A stretch of DNA of 64,000 nt. Source: Phoronis australis (taxonomy: Eukaryota; Animalia; Phoronida). The position numbers and the translations under genes were made by a program. The stretch's first letter is position 1. The number at the start of each line of letters is the position of its first letter. The stretch lies in NCBI GenBank assembly GCA_002633005.1, contig NMRA01000049.1, positions 590,881 to 654,880 of the forward strand. The letters run 5' to 3'. Below the pieces are notes generated by a model. It had not been told where the DNA came from. It searched no databases and worked only from the letters and a program-made list of their open reading frames with translations. Shown piece after piece: positions 62,401-64,000 of this stretch.

Positions 62401-64000
62401 NNNNNNNNNNNNNNNNNNNNNNNNNNNNNNNNNNNNNNNNNNNNNNNNNNNNNNNNNNNNNNNNNNNNNNNNNNNNNNNNNNNNNNNNNNNNNNNNNNNN
62501 NNNNNNNNNNTCTCAAACATATTGAAATATCACGCGAAATTCCCCCCACGAGGCATAAAAATTCCCCTAGTGAAAAATCTCTCTGAGTTCACATCACCTG
62601 TAACCACACAGGTGACAATTTTTAAGAGCACAAAAGGCTACTTTAAATTGAGGCAGAGCCTATGAGAGCTTGCAACAGGGCGGGGGTGCTATTGATGGTG
62701 ATCGGGAGGTAGATTGTTCCCGCCCTCACTCGGCGAAAAAATCGCCTCTCAGTAGGCACTGGCACCGGGCCCTCGGATGAAAGAGGCTTCTGCAGAAACA
62801 TGACAAGTATGATTGCATTGTCCAGTTAACTGAAATTGAGTTCTAAAACGATGTTATGTTTTGGAGGAACGAATTAGGTGTTTTAATTTTAAAATTCAAC
62901 TTGATTGATATTTGAAATCTAACACATGAAATAGACGTAAGAATTGTTACAACCAAGAAAGCATTGATGGTCAAATAATTTAATTTTATTTTCAATTACG
63001 AGCCCGTTTTTTTATTTTAATAAAAATATATTTAATAACATCAATTATTCTTTCAGACCAATGACAAATCAACTGTTAGTCCCAGTGAGTGCATAGGATC
63101 AGGCTATGCTTGATGTTAATATTCTTGATCAACAAACCAGATGTGACTAATTACACATGACAGACACCACTGTCGAATATGTCTTCAACTCTTCAACAAT
63201 ACAAGCAGATGACCTGGTCCGCGTAGAAAGTATTTTGATCAACAATTTACAAGAAAAAACGTAACCCTGCATTCAGCATAATACCTAATCTGTAACACTG
63301 CGATCGCCGCAATTTGGTCATATTTACTTTTCATGTTTCGAACCTAGTTTTCCGAAAAAAAATAAACCCTTTCTTCAGACAACTCTTTGGCGCCTTAACT
63401 TGTTCTCTAATGTAATTTTTTACGTCTCTGTGGTTAATTGTCGACACATCATTAAAATTTAATGTCCAGGCTGGACTCGAAAGACTGGCTATTTAACTCA
63501 CGCAATATCTACTTTAACTTTTTTATCGCAGTGAGCCTCGCTTTGGATCTTAATGGCCGCCGCGTGAATAGGGTCTATGGACAACTACATGCCGTCAGAG
63601 TAGAGTCTTCGCAGAAACCGTGCTTCTGTGCTGGGAACGCGCCGTGGAGAAACTAGGCTGTCAAACCCAGAGGATTTTTAACTTGCCACTGGCCGTAACC
63701 CAAAGAATTAGAGAAATGACCCAGTGTTCAATATAACAAGAATTTTTCTAGTGCATAGATTCAAACGTAACAATGAATTAAAACTCATGATATTATACGA
63801 TTTTAGAGGAAAGCAATATAAGAAACTTTAGTAACTTGAGAATCTCACCCAAGCGGCGCTATTTGCGCAGAATGTGATATTTTCTTATCCCAAAGTCCAT
63901 TCGGTACAGGCACGTAAAAATGTTGAACCATTACTATGAAAGTAGTTCTTTATCCTCGTCGCCAACATTGTTATGTAGGCAGTAACGCGGCGATTTGATA

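Overview
AT-rich, intron-rich animal (invertebrate-looking) genomic DNA with three N gaps; the ORF track is mostly spurious, so exons were read manually. The window holds two tandem, same-strand anoctamin (TMEM16/ANO1-7-like) genes. Gene 1 (654-24466) runs from the TM1-TM2 loop to its stop codon. Gene 2 (46857-59463) runs from the N-terminal domain to TM4 and has identical exon lengths where the two overlap. The main discovery is in gene 1: between the constitutive exons ending ...FFKGR and starting CDPAGC... lie five short paralogous exons (55, 64, 58, 58, 55 nt; all phase 2-0, length 3n+1). These look like a mutually exclusive exon cassette that swaps the extracellular TM5-TM6 loop at the pore or groove entrance. 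Between the genes, two minus-strand exons encode related copies of an unrecognised ~60-aa helical domain. There are also many transposon relics (Kolobok-like THAP element, Helentron-like element, LINE RT, Penelope-like GIY-YIG fragment, MITEs, tRNA-derived trimer) and minisatellites. The ~2 kb duplication flanking the first gap is probably an assembly artefact.
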